From: Pseudomonadota bacterium
GTDB lineage: Bacteria > Pseudomonadota > Alphaproteobacteria > Rhodobacterales > Rhodobacteraceae
Direction of reading: 5' to 3'
Assembly (NCBI GenBank): GCA_039818265.1
Contig: JBCBUG010000012.1
Location: 45,132-109,131, forward strand
Length of the DNA: 64,000 nt
Below the pieces are notes generated by a model. The model saw only the letters and a program-made list of their open reading frames with translations, had not been told where the DNA came from and ran no database searches. The translations under genes and the position numbers were made by a program. Below, piece after piece: positions 1 to 11,208 of the stretch (position 1 is the first letter of the stretch; every line of letters starts with the position of its first letter).

Positions 1-210
1 GTTCATTTTGGTCTGCGCCGATTGGCGATTGATGCCGATATTCCACACGATCAACTGGTTCGGATGCTGTCGTCCAGGATGTAGCCTGAGATCAGCAACC
101 TTGGCTTGAACCGCATGATGTGGTATCAAAAACTATCAGGTTCGCAAAATAGGACAAAAATCAGCGACCTGACAGACAGGCTTGAACCTCTTGTGAAAGG
201 GATTGTCGCG

Positions 211-672
211 ATGAACGCCCGGCTTTCATCCGAGTTATGGCATGGTGTGGAAAACCTTGCGATTTTACCGCAAGCAGCTGCCTTATGTTATCGGGTTGAG
301 CTGGGTCGGCCGGAGGTTCTGTTGATCACGACACGGCAAACCCGGCGATGGATCATCCCCAAAGGCTGGCTGATGCCCGGATTGACGGCGGCCGAAACCG
401 CTACGCAGGAAGCCTGGGAAGAGGCAGGTGTTGTCGGAAAATACAGTGACCAATCTCTGGGACAGTTCCCTTTTGTGAAGATGCGACCCAGAAAAGGGCC
501 GGTTTTGTGTATGGTCGACGTGTATCCGCTGCACGTGAAATCCCTGGCACAGGAGTTTCCGGAAAAAGGGCAGCGCAAGCGGCAATGGTGCTCGCTGAAA
601 AAAGCAGCGTCCAAGGTGGCCTCGCCTGATCTTGCCGTCATTTTACGCAGCTTTAAGTCCGGCCTGCATTGA
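211..672 (+). CDS. NUDIX hydrolase
   Basis: Lies in ORF-track frame 106..672, which opens with TTG. Nudix-box-like RRWIIPKGW...ETATQEAWEEAGV. I chose the ATG at 211 because AAGGG precedes it, but the ATGs at 115/118 are possible. Paralog of 29105..29566. Confidence 0.7.
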   Translation: MNARLSSELWHGVENLAILPQAAALCYRVELGRPEVLLITTRQTRRWIIPKGWLMPGLTAAETATQEAWEEAGVVGKYSDQSLGQFPFVKMRPRKGPVLCMVDVYPLHVKSLAQEFPEKGQRKRQWCSLKKAASKVASPDLAVILRSFKSGLH

Positions 673-744
673 TCATCCTTATGTAGGGCTTGATATTGTC
701 TTGCCGGTCGGTATCTATTCGGCCATCGCTTTTTTGGGTGAAAA

Positions 745-1203
745 ATGATTCAATACGCGTTGAAATGCGTCGAAGGCCACACATTCGACAGCTGGTTCCA
801 GTCAGCCGAAGCGTTTGACAAGCTGGCAGCCGCAGGCCTTGTGACCTGTGCGGTCTGCGGATGTTCGCAGGTGGAAAAAGCAATCATGACACCACGGGTA
901 CGCCCCGCACGTAAGGCCGCGCCCAAACCCGACGCAACAGCGCCTTCAGGATCCGATGAGATCAGCGTGGCGACACCCGCGCCTGAAATAGAGAAAGCGC
1001 TGGCCGAGCTGCGCCGCAAGGTCGAGGAAAACTCGGACTATGTTGGTAAAGATTTTGCCAGCGAAGCCCGGAAGATGCATTTGGGCGACGCGCCTGAACG
1101 ATCGATCTATGGCGAGGCCAAGCCAGATGAGGCGAAAGCGCTGATCGAAGATGGCGTGCCCGTCGCTCCGTTGCCCTTTGTGCCCAGCAGAAAGACGAAT
1201 TGA
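745..1203 (+). CDS. DUF1178 family protein
   Basis: N-terminus MIQYALKCVEGHTFDSWF...CAVCG is zinc-ribbon-like and typical of alphaproteobacterial DUF1178. ATG at 745. Confidence 0.7.
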   Translation: MIQYALKCVEGHTFDSWFQSAEAFDKLAAAGLVTCAVCGCSQVEKAIMTPRVRPARKAAPKPDATAPSGSDEISVATPAPEIEKALAELRRKVEENSDYVGKDFASEARKMHLGDAPERSIYGEAKPDEAKALIEDGVPVAPLPFVPSRKTN

Positions 1204-1206
1204 TCT

Positions 1207-1845
1207 ATGCATCTACTGATTACCGGAGCCAATCGCGGAATCGGAAAGGCTCTGGCGGATCAGTATCGCGCTGATGGTCATAATGTCACCGGTACGGCCC
1301 GCGACAATAGCGCTGAAATACAGTTGGATGTCTCAGACAACGCGCATCATCAGGCGATGGCGCGGCAGCTAGAAGGGCAACCGCTGGATCTGCTGATCTG
1401 CAATGCAGGTGTTTATCTTGACAAGGGGCAGGGCCTTGAAGGCTATCCGGCGGACATGTGGGCACAGAGCTTTGCGACGAATGTAACCGGTGTTTTTCTA
1501 ACCATTCAGGCTTTGCTACCGAATTTAAAGGCTGCTGGCGGCAAAATCGCAATTCTCTCATCACAAATGGCATCACACTCGCGGGCGCCAGGTGGCAGTT
1601 ACATCTACCGTTCTTCGAAGGCGGCAGCGTTGAATCTGGGACGTAATCTGGCGACCGATCTAAGGGTAGATGGCATTGCAGTCGGGATTTACCATCCGGG
1701 CTGGGTGCAGACGGATATGGGCGGATCGTCAGCTGATATTCACGTGGATGAGGCCGTTTCAGGCCTCATCAAACGCTTTGACGCGCTCTCATTGGACAAT
1801 ACCGGTTGTTTTGAAACTTATGACGGCCAGCCGCATGCTTACTGA
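1207..1845 (+). CDS. SDR family oxidoreductase
   Basis: TGANRGIG Rossmann motif and a YRSSK (YxxxK) catalytic motif. ATG lies 4 nt after the upstream stop. Confidence 0.8.
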   Translation: MHLLITGANRGIGKALADQYRADGHNVTGTARDNSAEIQLDVSDNAHHQAMARQLEGQPLDLLICNAGVYLDKGQGLEGYPADMWAQSFATNVTGVFLTIQALLPNLKAAGGKIAILSSQMASHSRAPGGSYIYRSSKAAALNLGRNLATDLRVDGIAVGIYHPGWVQTDMGGSSADIHVDEAVSGLIKRFDALSLDNTGCFETYDGQPHAY

Positions 1846-2195
1846 GCGTTCAGCGCTGCCTTTGGCAGTTCATAAACCTCTCCGGGTTCGATGAATATGA
1901 TCAGCAGATCACCGCGTGTTTCGTAGCTGAGTTTCGAAGGTGAACTACTGGAATCCGGCACGCCATCGGTGAAATAGATGTTGCGCACCTCGCCATTGCC
2001 CAAGGCCACCGCCAGGGTGGCGCTGCCATCATCGCGACGGCGCAGTTCCGCATTGCAGCTTTGCAGCGGGTCACCGGCATTGACCGCGCAAGGGACGGTA
2101 CCCAAAGCGTTCTGACCATCGGTTCCTGCCACGCTTGCGACCTGAGCAATGGCGGGAGAGGACAGAAGGACGAAGGCGGCGGCAAGGCGGAGCAT
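1839..2195 (-). CDS. secreted hypothetical protein
   Basis: Signal peptide MLRLAAAFVLLSSPAIAQ. AGAGG RBS upstream of the ATG. No family recognised. Confidence 0.55.
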   Translation of the reverse strand: MLRLAAAFVLLSSPAIAQVASVAGTDGQNALGTVPCAVNAGDPLQSCNAELRRRDDGSATLAVALGNGEVRNIYFTDGVPDSSSSPSKLSYETRGDLLIIFIEPGEVYELPKAALNAQ

Positions 2196-2360
2196 ATATA
2201 ACCTCTTGGAATGATTGCGAAGGACAGGCTGACACTGTGCCCGCTGATTGTAAAGCAGCCCTGGGTCGCAGGCAAAGCCTGATTGCGCCCTTGCCCTTGA
2301 TCCCCCCCTCGCATATGAGGCACGGAACTAACAGCCCAAGGCACGGAGACAGTTGGCCTC

Positions 2361-3599
2361 ATGCCCGTACTCGTGATGAAATTCGGAGGCACATCGGTTG
2401 CCAATCTTGACCGTATCCGCCGCGCGGCAAAGCGTGTGGGCGTTGAGGTGGCCAAGGGATATGACGTGATCGTCATCGTCTCGGCCATGTCCGGCAAGAC
2501 CAACGAACTGGTGGGCTGGGTGAATGAAACCTCACCGCTGTTCGATGCGCGTGAATATGACGCTGTGGTTTCCTCGGGCGAGAATGTGACCGCAGGTCTG
2601 ATGGCGTTGACTCTACAGGAAATGGATATCCCGGCGCGCAGTTGGCAGGGTTGGCAGGTTCCGTTGTTGACCAATGGTGCTCATTCCTCGGCGCGGATCG
2701 AAGAAATCCCGACCGACAACCTGAACCAGAAGTTCGGGGAAGGCATGAAAGTCGCGGTTGTCGCCGGGTTTCAGGGCCTGAGCCCCGAAGGGCGTATCAC
2801 AACGCTGGGCCGGGGTGGCTCAGACACGACGGCTGTGGCCTTTGCTGCCGCTTTCGAGGCCGAGCGCTGTGATATTTACACGGATGTGGACGGTGTTTAC
2901 ACGACCGACCCGCGCATCTGCGAAAAGGCGCGCAAGCTTGAGAAAATCTCGTTCGAGGAAATGCTGGAACTGGCCTCACTGGGCGCAAAAGTTCTACAGA
3001 CCCGCTCGGTCGAGTTGGCAATGCGCTATAAGGTGCGCCTGCGGGTGCTGTCCAGTTTCGAAGAACAATCCGACAATGCAGGCACGCTGGTCTGCGATGA
3101 GGAGGATATCATGGAATCCAATGTTGTGGCCGGTGTGGCCTATTCTCGCGACGAAGCCAAGATGACTGTGGTCTCGGTGGCCGACCGACCCGGGATCGCC
3201 TCGATCATCTTTACCGCGCTCAGCGATGAGGGCGTCAATGTCGACATGATCGTACAGAATATCTCGGACGAAGGTCGCACGGACATGACCTTCTCGTGCC
3301 CGACCGATCAGGTCGCGCGCGCTGAAAAAGCGCTGCTGGCGATCAAGGATGCGGGCGAGCTGAACTATGCCGAGCTGGTTGCCGATAATGACGTTTGCAA
3401 GGTCTCGGTGGTTGGAATCGGTATGCGCTCGCAATCCGGTGTTGCGGCCAAGATGTTCAAGATTCTCTCGGATGAGGGGATCAATATTAAGGTCATTACA
3501 ACCTCTGAGATAAAAATTTCCGTTCTGGTGGATCGGAAATACATGGAACTTGCTGTTCAGGCACTGCATGATGCCTTTGAACTGGACAAGGCGGCCTGA
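2361..3599 (+). CDS. lysC: aspartate kinase
   Basis: KFGGTSV kinase N-terminus and a C-terminal ACT-domain region. 412 aa. Confidence 0.93.
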   Translation: MPVLVMKFGGTSVANLDRIRRAAKRVGVEVAKGYDVIVIVSAMSGKTNELVGWVNETSPLFDAREYDAVVSSGENVTAGLMALTLQEMDIPARSWQGWQVPLLTNGAHSSARIEEIPTDNLNQKFGEGMKVAVVAGFQGLSPEGRITTLGRGGSDTTAVAFAAAFEAERCDIYTDVDGVYTTDPRICEKARKLEKISFEEMLELASLGAKVLQTRSVELAMRYKVRLRVLSSFEEQSDNAGTLVCDEEDIMESNVVAGVAYSRDEAKMTVVSVADRPGIASIIFTALSDEGVNVDMIVQNISDEGRTDMTFSCPTDQVARAEKALLAIKDAGELNYAELVADNDVCKVSVVGIGMRSQSGVAAKMFKILSDEGINIKVITTSEIKISVLVDRKYMELAVQALHDAFELDKAA

Positions 3600-3645
3600 G
3601 CATTTCAGCCAAAGGTCTTGCCTGACGCACTAATTTGGGTGGGCC

Positions 3646-5889
3646 ATGGCGGACGGCACCGAAACTGAATCCCGCAAGCTGCTGGGACGGCTGCGCGAAG
3701 AAATGGCGAGCGAGGCCGCCGGACAGGAACGGCTTGACCGGATTACTCATCTGATCGCCGATAGCATCCGGGCCGAGGTGTGCTCGGTCTATCTGTTCCG
3801 TGACGAGGAAACGCTGGAACTCTGCGCAACCGAAGGCCTGTCGCCCGAGGCGGTGCATAAAACGCGGATGCGGATGGGCGAAGGGCTGGTCGGTCGTGTA
3901 GCCAAGTCTGGCAAGATCGTGAACACCGCCGACGCGCCATCGGCCAAAGGTTTTCGCTACATGCCGGAAACCGGTGAAGAACGGTTCTCGTCTTTTCTGG
4001 GTGTTCCGATACAGCGATTGGGCGAAAACCTGGGCGTACTGGTCGTTCAGTCGCGCGAGGCGCGCGAGTATTCTGCTGATGAGGTCTACGCTCTGGAAGT
4101 TGTCGCCATGGTGTTGGCCGAAATGGCCGAGCTGGGCGCGTTCGTCGGTGAAGGTGCGGCGCTGTCTCCATTGCACCAGCAATCCGTACTGCTACGGGGC
4201 GGACCGGCGCAGGAAGGGTCAGCCGAGGGGCATGTCTGGCTGCACGAGCCGCGCGTTGTAATCACCAATCCGATTGCCGATGATCCACATCGTGAGCGGG
4301 AGCGACTGGTCGAGGCGGTCGAAGAGTTGCGCGTTGGCGTCGACAAGATGTTGGAGATTTCTCAGGGCGGGGATTCTGACCAGCTGAAAGTATTGGAAGC
4401 CTACCGGATGTTCGCGAATTCCAAAGGCTGGATGCGCCGGATGGAGGAAGACATTGCGCTGGGCCTCAGCGCCGAAGCGGCGGTTGAGAAAGAGCAATCG
4501 CAGGCGCGTGCCCGCATGGGGCAGGTGACTGATCCCTATCTGCGAGAGCGTCTGGCCGATCTGGATGATCTGTCCAACCGCCTGCTACGGATCCTGACGG
4601 GGCAGGGTAAAACTGATAGTTCAGACCTGCCACCGGATCCGATTCTAATTGCGCGCAACATTGGCCCGGGCGATCTGTTGGAATATGGTCGCTCGCTGAA
4701 AGGGATTGTGCTTGAGGAAGGGTCTGTGGGCAGCCATGCGACCATCGTGGCACGTGCCTTGGCGATCCCATTGGTTGTCCATGTTGGGCGCATCACGACC
4801 GAGGCACTCAATGGGGATCATATCCTGGTCGATGGCGACCAAGGTGTTGTGCACCTGCGCCCCGAGGATACCGTGGTCAGCGCCTTCCGCGACAAGATCG
4901 CCATGCAGGCCAAAGCGCAGGAACGCTATGCCTCGATCCGCGAAACACCATGCGTGACGCAGGACGGCGCACGGATGAACCTGGTTATGAACGCAGGCCT
5001 GATGGCAGACCTGCCGTCGCTGAAAAATTCGGGGGCCGAAGGGGTTGGCTTGTTCCGGACCGAGCTTCAGTTCCTGGTCCGCAATCAGATGCCGAAGCGG
5101 TCTGAACTTGTTACGCAATATCAGCGCGTACTGGATGCAGCAGGTGAGAAACGCGTGGTGTTCCGCACGCTGGATATCGGTTCAGACAAAGTACTGCCCT
5201 ATATGAAACATGTGGCCGAGCCAAACCCGGCCCTTGGCTGGCGCGCGATCCGCGTGGGTCTGGATAAGCGTGGCGTGATGCGGATGCAGCTGCAGGCGCT
5301 GATCCGCGCGGCGAATGGGCGGCCGCTAACGGTTATGTTCCCCTTTGTCGCGCAGGCCGATGAGTTTCGCGAAGCCCGATGGGAGGTCAACAAGACCATC
5401 GAGCGCGAAAGGCGTCTTGGTCACGTGCTGCCTGAGACACTGGAAGTCGGTGCGATGCTGGAAACGCCGTCATTGGGGTTCGCACCGCAGAAGTTCTTTG
5501 ATGAGGTCGATTTCATTTCAATCGGTGGCAATGATCTAAAACAGTTTTTCTTTGCGGCCGATCGCGAAAACGAGCTAGTGCGTAGGCGGTATGACACCCT
5601 GAATGTCAGCTTTCTCAGCTTTATCGAGCGCGTGGTTGAACGCTGCGATATCTCGGATACGCCGCTCAGTTTCTGCGGTGAGGATGCGGGCCGGCCCGTT
5701 GAGGCCCTGTGCTTGGCGGCGATGGGAATTCGTACTTTGTCGATGCGTCCGGCCTCGATTGGTCCTGTGAAAAGCCTGTTGTTGCGTTCGAACCTTCAGG
5801 AGGTGCGCAAGATCATCGCCGATGCACGCCACCGGGGCGAGCAATCCGTTCGACCTTCGGTGATGGAGTGGTTGCGCAGTCAGAGCTAA
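3646..5889 (+). CDS. ptsP: phosphoenolpyruvate-protein phosphotransferase PtsP (EI-Ntr)
   Basis: N-terminal GAF-like domain followed by a PEP-utilising enzyme with the GSHATIVARA phospho-His motif. lysC-ptsP synteny is typical of alphaproteobacteria. Confidence 0.9.
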   Translation: MADGTETESRKLLGRLREEMASEAAGQERLDRITHLIADSIRAEVCSVYLFRDEETLELCATEGLSPEAVHKTRMRMGEGLVGRVAKSGKIVNTADAPSAKGFRYMPETGEERFSSFLGVPIQRLGENLGVLVVQSREAREYSADEVYALEVVAMVLAEMAELGAFVGEGAALSPLHQQSVLLRGGPAQEGSAEGHVWLHEPRVVITNPIADDPHRERERLVEAVEELRVGVDKMLEISQGGDSDQLKVLEAYRMFANSKGWMRRMEEDIALGLSAEAAVEKEQSQARARMGQVTDPYLRERLADLDDLSNRLLRILTGQGKTDSSDLPPDPILIARNIGPGDLLEYGRSLKGIVLEEGSVGSHATIVARALAIPLVVHVGRITTEALNGDHILVDGDQGVVHLRPEDTVVSAFRDKIAMQAKAQERYASIRETPCVTQDGARMNLVMNAGLMADLPSLKNSGAEGVGLFRTELQFLVRNQMPKRSELVTQYQRVLDAAGEKRVVFRTLDIGSDKVLPYMKHVAEPNPALGWRAIRVGLDKRGVMRMQLQALIRAANGRPLTVMFPFVAQADEFREARWEVNKTIERERRLGHVLPETLEVGAMLETPSLGFAPQKFFDEVDFISIGGNDLKQFFFAADRENELVRRRYDTLNVSFLSFIERVVERCDISDTPLSFCGEDAGRPVEALCLAAMGIRTLSMRPASIGPVKSLLLRSNLQEVRKIIADARHRGEQSVRPSVMEWLRSQS

Positions 5890-6053
5890 CCGGAAAACCT
5901 GCGGCTTTGCGCAAATCCATGCTTGATTTCTTGGGTCTATCTTCTTATTACGACCACAAATGTTAGCGATAACATTCTTATGATGGCAGTGTCACCCTCC
6001 CAAAGCATGGGGCATATTAGGCTGGCACCGGTGGATACAAAAGGAACCAGGCC

Positions 6054-7499
6054 ATGGTCTCACGTGTAATTCCTGTAGACCCGTTTGACCTCGTGTTGTT
6101 TGGCGCGACAGGCGATCTGGCGCAGCGCAAGATCCTGCCCGGGCTGTATCACCGTTTTGAGGTTGGTCAGATGCCCGAAGATGCGCGTATCATTGGTACG
6201 GCGCGCTCGGACATGGACAGTGAAGGGTTTCGCAAACAACTGCGCGCGTCGATGGATGAGTTTGCCCCGAAGTACGACAAGGGCATTTTGGATCGGTTCC
6301 TGTCACGTGTCGACTATGTCCCGGTGGATGCGCTGGGCGACTCAGGATGGCCTGATCTGGCGAAATCGCTGCGACCTGATGTGGTGCGCGCTTTCTATCT
6401 GTCCGTGGGCCCCAGCCTGTTTTCAGGCATCGCGCAACGGCTGCACGATCATGGGTTGGCCACGCCTGACAGCAGGATCGTGGTGGAAAAACCCTTTGGT
6501 CATGATCTGGCCTCGGCCAAGGCTTTGAACAAGGGGTTGCGCGCCTGTTTCGAAGAGCATCAGATTTATCGTATCGACCATTATCTGGGCAAAGAAACCG
6601 TACAGAACCTGATGGCGCTGCGTTTTGCCAACTCCTTGTTCGAACCGCTCTGGAACGCCACGCATGTCGATCATGTTCAGATCACCGTGGCTGAGACGGT
6701 GGGTGTTGAGGGGCGTGGCGCTTATTATGATCAATCCGGCGCGATGCGGGATATGATTCAGAACCACCTGGTGCAATTGCTCTGCCTGACCGCAATGGAG
6801 CCGCCTTCGAAATTCGCGCCTAACGCGGTGCGCGATGAAAAGGTCAAAGTGATCGAAGCACTGGAACCCGTTGAGCCCAAGGATATCGCGCGCGGTCAGT
6901 ATCGCACGGGCAAGGGCGGCGATGGCTATCTGGATCATGTTGGTGACCCGGCTAGCCGCACCGAAAGCTATATCGCGCTCAAGGCGCATATCGGCAATTG
7001 GCGCTGGGCCGGCGTGCCGTTCTACCTGCGCACCGGCAAGCGCCTTAGGGCTCGTGAATCTGAGATCGCCGTGTTCTTCCGCGACCCGCCCCATACGATT
7101 TTCCCCAACGTAGGGCCTCTGCATGGCAACGTGCTGGTGATCCGCTTGCAACCGGATGAGGGCATAACCCTGCGCACCACGATCAAAGAACCGGGGCAGG
7201 GCGGGTTCCGCCTGTCCGACGTTGCGCTGGATATGAGCTTTGCCGACGCGCTGGGCGATGATGGTCAATCCCCCGACGCTTATGAACGCCTGATTATGGA
7301 CGTGATCCGCGGCGATCAGACCTTGTTCATGCGTGGGGACGAAGCCGAGGCTGCCTGGGCCTGGGTCGATCCCATCATTCACGGCTGGGAAGAGCGTGGC
7401 GACAAGCCCGCAAAATACGATCAGGGCAGTTCAGGGCCCGAAGAAGCATTGATGCTGATGCATCGCGATGGACGCCGCTGGCGTCAGATCGGAGGGTAA
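6054..7499 (+). CDS. zwf: glucose-6-phosphate dehydrogenase
   Basis: RIDHYLGKE signature and GATGDLA NADP site. Confidence 0.95.
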   Translation: MVSRVIPVDPFDLVLFGATGDLAQRKILPGLYHRFEVGQMPEDARIIGTARSDMDSEGFRKQLRASMDEFAPKYDKGILDRFLSRVDYVPVDALGDSGWPDLAKSLRPDVVRAFYLSVGPSLFSGIAQRLHDHGLATPDSRIVVEKPFGHDLASAKALNKGLRACFEEHQIYRIDHYLGKETVQNLMALRFANSLFEPLWNATHVDHVQITVAETVGVEGRGAYYDQSGAMRDMIQNHLVQLLCLTAMEPPSKFAPNAVRDEKVKVIEALEPVEPKDIARGQYRTGKGGDGYLDHVGDPASRTESYIALKAHIGNWRWAGVPFYLRTGKRLRARESEIAVFFRDPPHTIFPNVGPLHGNVLVIRLQPDEGITLRTTIKEPGQGGFRLSDVALDMSFADALGDDGQSPDAYERLIMDVIRGDQTLFMRGDEAEAAWAWVDPIIHGWEERGDKPAKYDQGSSGPEEALMLMHRDGRRWRQIGG

Positions 7500-7501
7500 T
7501 C

Positions 7502-9307
7502 ATGGTCAATACAGTTATTTCCGACGTCACCAAACGTATCATCGACCGCAGTGCCGACTTGCGCGGCCCGCATCTTGAGCGGATGGAACAGGCCAAATCC
7601 AAAGGCCCTGCCCGTGCGCATCTGTCCTGCAGCGGTCAGGCGCATGCCTATGCCGGAGCGGGTGAGGATCAAAACTCGATGGCAACCGGTACGGCTGGGA
7701 ATCTTGGCATCGTCACCGCCTATAACGACATGCTATCGGCCCACCAACCGTTCGAGCGCTATCCCGAACTGATCCGGCAGGCGATCCGCGCCGCAGGCGG
7801 CACAGCGCAGGTCGCAGGCGGGGTTCCCGCCATGTGCGACGGCGTGACCCAAGGCGAGGCGGGGATGGAACTATCCCTGTTCTCGCGCGATGTGATCGCG
7901 CTGGCGACTGGTGTGGCGCTCAGCCACAACACCTATGACGCGGCGGTGTTTCTGGGGGTCTGCGACAAGATCGTGCCCGGTCTAGTCATCGGCGCGCAAG
8001 CCTTTGGTCATCTGCCGGCAGTCTTCCTGCCCGCTGGCCCTATGACCAGCGGCCTGCCGAATGACGAAAAGGCCAAGGTCCGCCAGCAATTCGCGGCTGG
8101 AGAGGTGGGGCGCGACGCCCTGATGAAGGCTGAAATGGCAGCTTACCATGGCCCCGGTACCTGTACTTTCTATGGCACCGCCAACACCAACCAAATGCTG
8201 ATGGAGTTCATGGGCCTGCACCTGCCGGGCTCCAGCTTCATCAATCCCAACACACCTCTGCGCGACGCGCTGACCGAGGAAGGCGCGCGCCGCGCCCTGT
8301 CTCTCAGCGCGTTGGGCAATCACTACACACCAGTCTGCCAGATCCTCGATGAACGCGCCTTCGTCAATGGTATCGTTGGCTTGATGGCCACGGGAGGTTC
8401 GACCAACCTGCTGATCCACCTGATCGCCATGGCACGCGCGGGTGGTATCGTGCTGGATTGGGAGGATTTTTCCGACATCTCCGCAGTGGTCCCACTGGTC
8501 GCGCGGGTCTATCCCAACGGTCTGGCCGATGTGAACCACTTCCACGCCGCGGGGGGCTTGGGCTTTACGATCAGTACGCTACTGGACGATGGGCTGCTGC
8601 ACCCTGACACACTGACCGTCGCGGGGCAGGGCCTTCACAACTACACCAAGGAACCAAAGCTGAAAGACGGCGAGTTGGTCTGGGAGGACGGCGCGGGCCA
8701 CAGCCTGAATGAAAAGATCGTGCGCCCGGCAAAGGACCCGTTCCAGTCCACCGGTGGCCTGTCGCGCCTGACCGGAAATCTGGGCACCGGCGTCATGAAG
8801 GTCTCAGCCGTGGCACCCGAACACCAAGTGGTCGAAGCGCCCGTCCGTGTGTTTCACGACCAAAACGACGTCAAAGCCGCCTTCAAGGCCGGAGAGTTCA
8901 CTGATGACGTCATCGTCGTTGTTCGATTCCAGGGCCCGAAGGCCAATGGTATGCCCGAGCTGCACTCGCTGACGCCGATACTGTCGATCCTTCAGGGCAG
9001 AGGCCAAAAGGTCGCTCTGGTCACCGATGGCCGCATGTCTGGGGCGTCGGGCAAGGTTCCCGCCGCCATCCATGTCTGCCCTGAGGCGCTGGATGGTGGT
9101 GCCATCGGCTATCTGCAAGACGGTGATCTGCTGCGCGTCGATGCCGTTATGGGAGAGCTGGAAATCCTCACCCCCGGAGTCCTTGACCGTACCCCAGCCA
9201 CCGCTGATATGTCTGCCAACCAGCACGGCGTCGGCCGCGACCTCTTCGGCGCGTTCCGCCAGAATGTCGGGTCCGCCGACACAGGTGCCAGCATTTTTGG
9301 AGTTTAA
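7502..9307 (+). CDS. edd: phosphogluconate dehydratase
   Basis: ILVD/EDD family, 601 aa. Starts 2 nt after the zwf stop. Confidence 0.93.
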   Translation: MVNTVISDVTKRIIDRSADLRGPHLERMEQAKSKGPARAHLSCSGQAHAYAGAGEDQNSMATGTAGNLGIVTAYNDMLSAHQPFERYPELIRQAIRAAGGTAQVAGGVPAMCDGVTQGEAGMELSLFSRDVIALATGVALSHNTYDAAVFLGVCDKIVPGLVIGAQAFGHLPAVFLPAGPMTSGLPNDEKAKVRQQFAAGEVGRDALMKAEMAAYHGPGTCTFYGTANTNQMLMEFMGLHLPGSSFINPNTPLRDALTEEGARRALSLSALGNHYTPVCQILDERAFVNGIVGLMATGGSTNLLIHLIAMARAGGIVLDWEDFSDISAVVPLVARVYPNGLADVNHFHAAGGLGFTISTLLDDGLLHPDTLTVAGQGLHNYTKEPKLKDGELVWEDGAGHSLNEKIVRPAKDPFQSTGGLSRLTGNLGTGVMKVSAVAPEHQVVEAPVRVFHDQNDVKAAFKAGEFTDDVIVVVRFQGPKANGMPELHSLTPILSILQGRGQKVALVTDGRMSGASGKVPAAIHVCPEALDGGAIGYLQDGDLLRVDAVMGELEILTPGVLDRTPATADMSANQHGVGRDLFGAFRQNVGSADTGASIFGV

Positions 9308-9310
9308 CCT

Positions 9311-9943
9311 ATGTCTAAAACCCAACGCACCCGCGAGATCTGCGCGCTGGCTCCAATCGTACCAGTGCTGGTCGTGGATGACGCTGCCCATGCTCGCCCC
9401 TTGGCTGAGGCACTGGTCGCGGGCGGTCTGCCCGCTCTCGAAGTCACTCTGCGCACCCCTGCGGCACTGGAGGCGATCCGCGCCATGGCCGACGTGCCCG
9501 GAGGCGTCGTGGGCGCAGGCACGCTGGTCACTCCAGGAGACGTCCGCGCCGCCAAAGAGGCGGGTGCGCAGTTCGGCGTCTCGCCCGGCGCGACCGACGC
9601 CCTCATCGCCGCCTGCGAAGCCGAAGGCCTGCCCCTTTTACCCGGCGCGGCTACCGCGAGTGAGGCCATGGCTCTGCTGGAAAATGGCTATGACATGTTG
9701 AAATTCTTCCCCGCCGAAGCCTCGGGCGGTGCCCCTGCGCTGAAAGCTATCGGCGCGCCACTGCCGCAAATCAGTTTTTGCCCCACGGGCGGTGTCTCGC
9801 CCTCAAACGCGCGTGATTATCTGTCTCTCTCCAACGTGATCTGCGCAGGCGGCAGCTGGGTTGCGCCCAAGCAGATGGTCCAAAACGGCGATTGGTCCGG
9901 GATCGAAACCCTTGCGCGCGAGGCCGCTGGTCTGATGGATTGA
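9311..9943 (+). CDS. eda: 2-dehydro-3-deoxy-phosphogluconate (KDPG) aldolase
   Basis: KFFPAE and CPTGGV motifs. Immediately follows edd. Confidence 0.9.
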   Translation: MSKTQRTREICALAPIVPVLVVDDAAHARPLAEALVAGGLPALEVTLRTPAALEAIRAMADVPGGVVGAGTLVTPGDVRAAKEAGAQFGVSPGATDALIAACEAEGLPLLPGAATASEAMALLENGYDMLKFFPAEASGGAPALKAIGAPLPQISFCPTGGVSPSNARDYLSLSNVICAGGSWVAPKQMVQNGDWSGIETLAREAAGLMD

Positions 9944-9994
9944 CGTCGCAGGGCGAAACGCTAGGGTAAGCCTCAATTCAAACAGGTTGCCCTC

Positions 9995-11191
9995 ATGACA
10001 AACCGACCCTCCCTCTCGCATGGGCGCGAGTATCTGGCCATTCCCGGCCCTTCTGTTATGCCCGACGCGGTGCTACAGGCCATGCACCGCCCGTCACCCA
10101 ATATTTATGACGGCGCGCTGATCGAGATGATGCCGGCCCTTACGCGCGATCTAAAGCGCGTCGCCTGCACCGAACACAACGTCGCCATCTATATCGCCAA
10201 CGGCCACGGCACGTGGGAGGCCGCGCTGTCGAATGTGATCGCGCCCGGCGAAACCGTTCTGGCTCCGGCCTCTGGTAGGTTCACCTATGGCTGGGCTGAG
10301 ATGGCCGAAGGAGTTGGTGCCAAGGTCAAAACGATTGATTTCGGCACATCTTCTCCATGGGATTTCGACCAAATTGCAGATGTTCTGCGGGCCGACCAAG
10401 CGCATGAAATCAAGGCAGTTCTTGCCGTCCATGTGGATACATCCAGCTCGATCCGCAATGATATCCCAGCCTTGCGCACGCTGCTGGACGAGTTGAAGCA
10501 CCCAGCACTGCTGATGGCTGACTGTATCGCCTCACTCGGGTGCGACCGGTTCGAAATGGACTCCTGGGGCGTCGATTTGACAGTCACTGCCTGCCAAAAA
10601 GGGCTGATGACACCGCCCGGCATGGGCTTTGTCTTCTTTAACGACAAAGCGCAGGCAAAACGGGCCGCAATGCCTCGTGTCTCACTCTATTGGGACTGGC
10701 AGCCGCGCGCGAATCCTGAATTATTCTACCAATATTTTGACGGCACCGCGCCGACACATCACCTTTATGGTCTACGTGCAGCGCTCGACATGATTCATGC
10801 AGAGGGTGTCGAAAACGTCTGGGCCCGTCACCGGCACCTTGCCAAAGCGATCTGGGCGGCCTGCGAGGTTTGGGCGCAGGGCGGTGCCCTCCATTTCAAT
10901 GTCGCCGATCCGGCCTATCGCAGCCATGCGGTCACCGCCCTGCGCCTGACCGAAGGGCGTGGCACATCGCTGCGCAACTTTACCGAAAACCACCTCGGCC
11001 TAACGCTCGGCATCGGCTTGGGGATGGAAGACTGGGACGGCTGTTTCCGCCTCGGCCATATGGGCCATGTAAACGCCCAGATGGTTATGGCGATGCTAGG
11101 CGGCGTGGAAACCGCAATGGCGGCCTTGAACATACCACGCGGCAACGGCGCGCTCGAGGCTGCTGCGACAACCCTGGCCAACCAGGCCTGA
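9995..11191 (+). CDS. class V PLP-dependent aminotransferase (serine/alanine-glyoxylate type)
   Basis: 398 aa. The overall sequence pattern resembles the SGAT/AGXT family, with CQKGL around the PLP lysine. Confidence 0.75.
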   Translation: MTNRPSLSHGREYLAIPGPSVMPDAVLQAMHRPSPNIYDGALIEMMPALTRDLKRVACTEHNVAIYIANGHGTWEAALSNVIAPGETVLAPASGRFTYGWAEMAEGVGAKVKTIDFGTSSPWDFDQIADVLRADQAHEIKAVLAVHVDTSSSIRNDIPALRTLLDELKHPALLMADCIASLGCDRFEMDSWGVDLTVTACQKGLMTPPGMGFVFFNDKAQAKRAAMPRVSLYWDWQPRANPELFYQYFDGTAPTHHLYGLRAALDMIHAEGVENVWARHRHLAKAIWAACEVWAQGGALHFNVADPAYRSHAVTALRLTEGRGTSLRNFTENHLGLTLGIGLGMEDWDGCFRLGHMGHVNAQMVMAMLGGVETAMAALNIPRGNGALEAAATTLANQA

Positions 11192-11208
11192 TCCGCTTCA
11201 TCTGGCCA

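Noticed and set aside
1901-2674. 257-aa ORF on the minus strand
   Set aside because: It overlaps both the secreted protein gene (a different frame of the same strand) and the start of lysC. It has no motif and a Ser/Arg/Pro-rich composition.
6423-7382. 319-aa ORF on the minus strand
   Set aside because: It is antisense to zwf. Shadow ORF.
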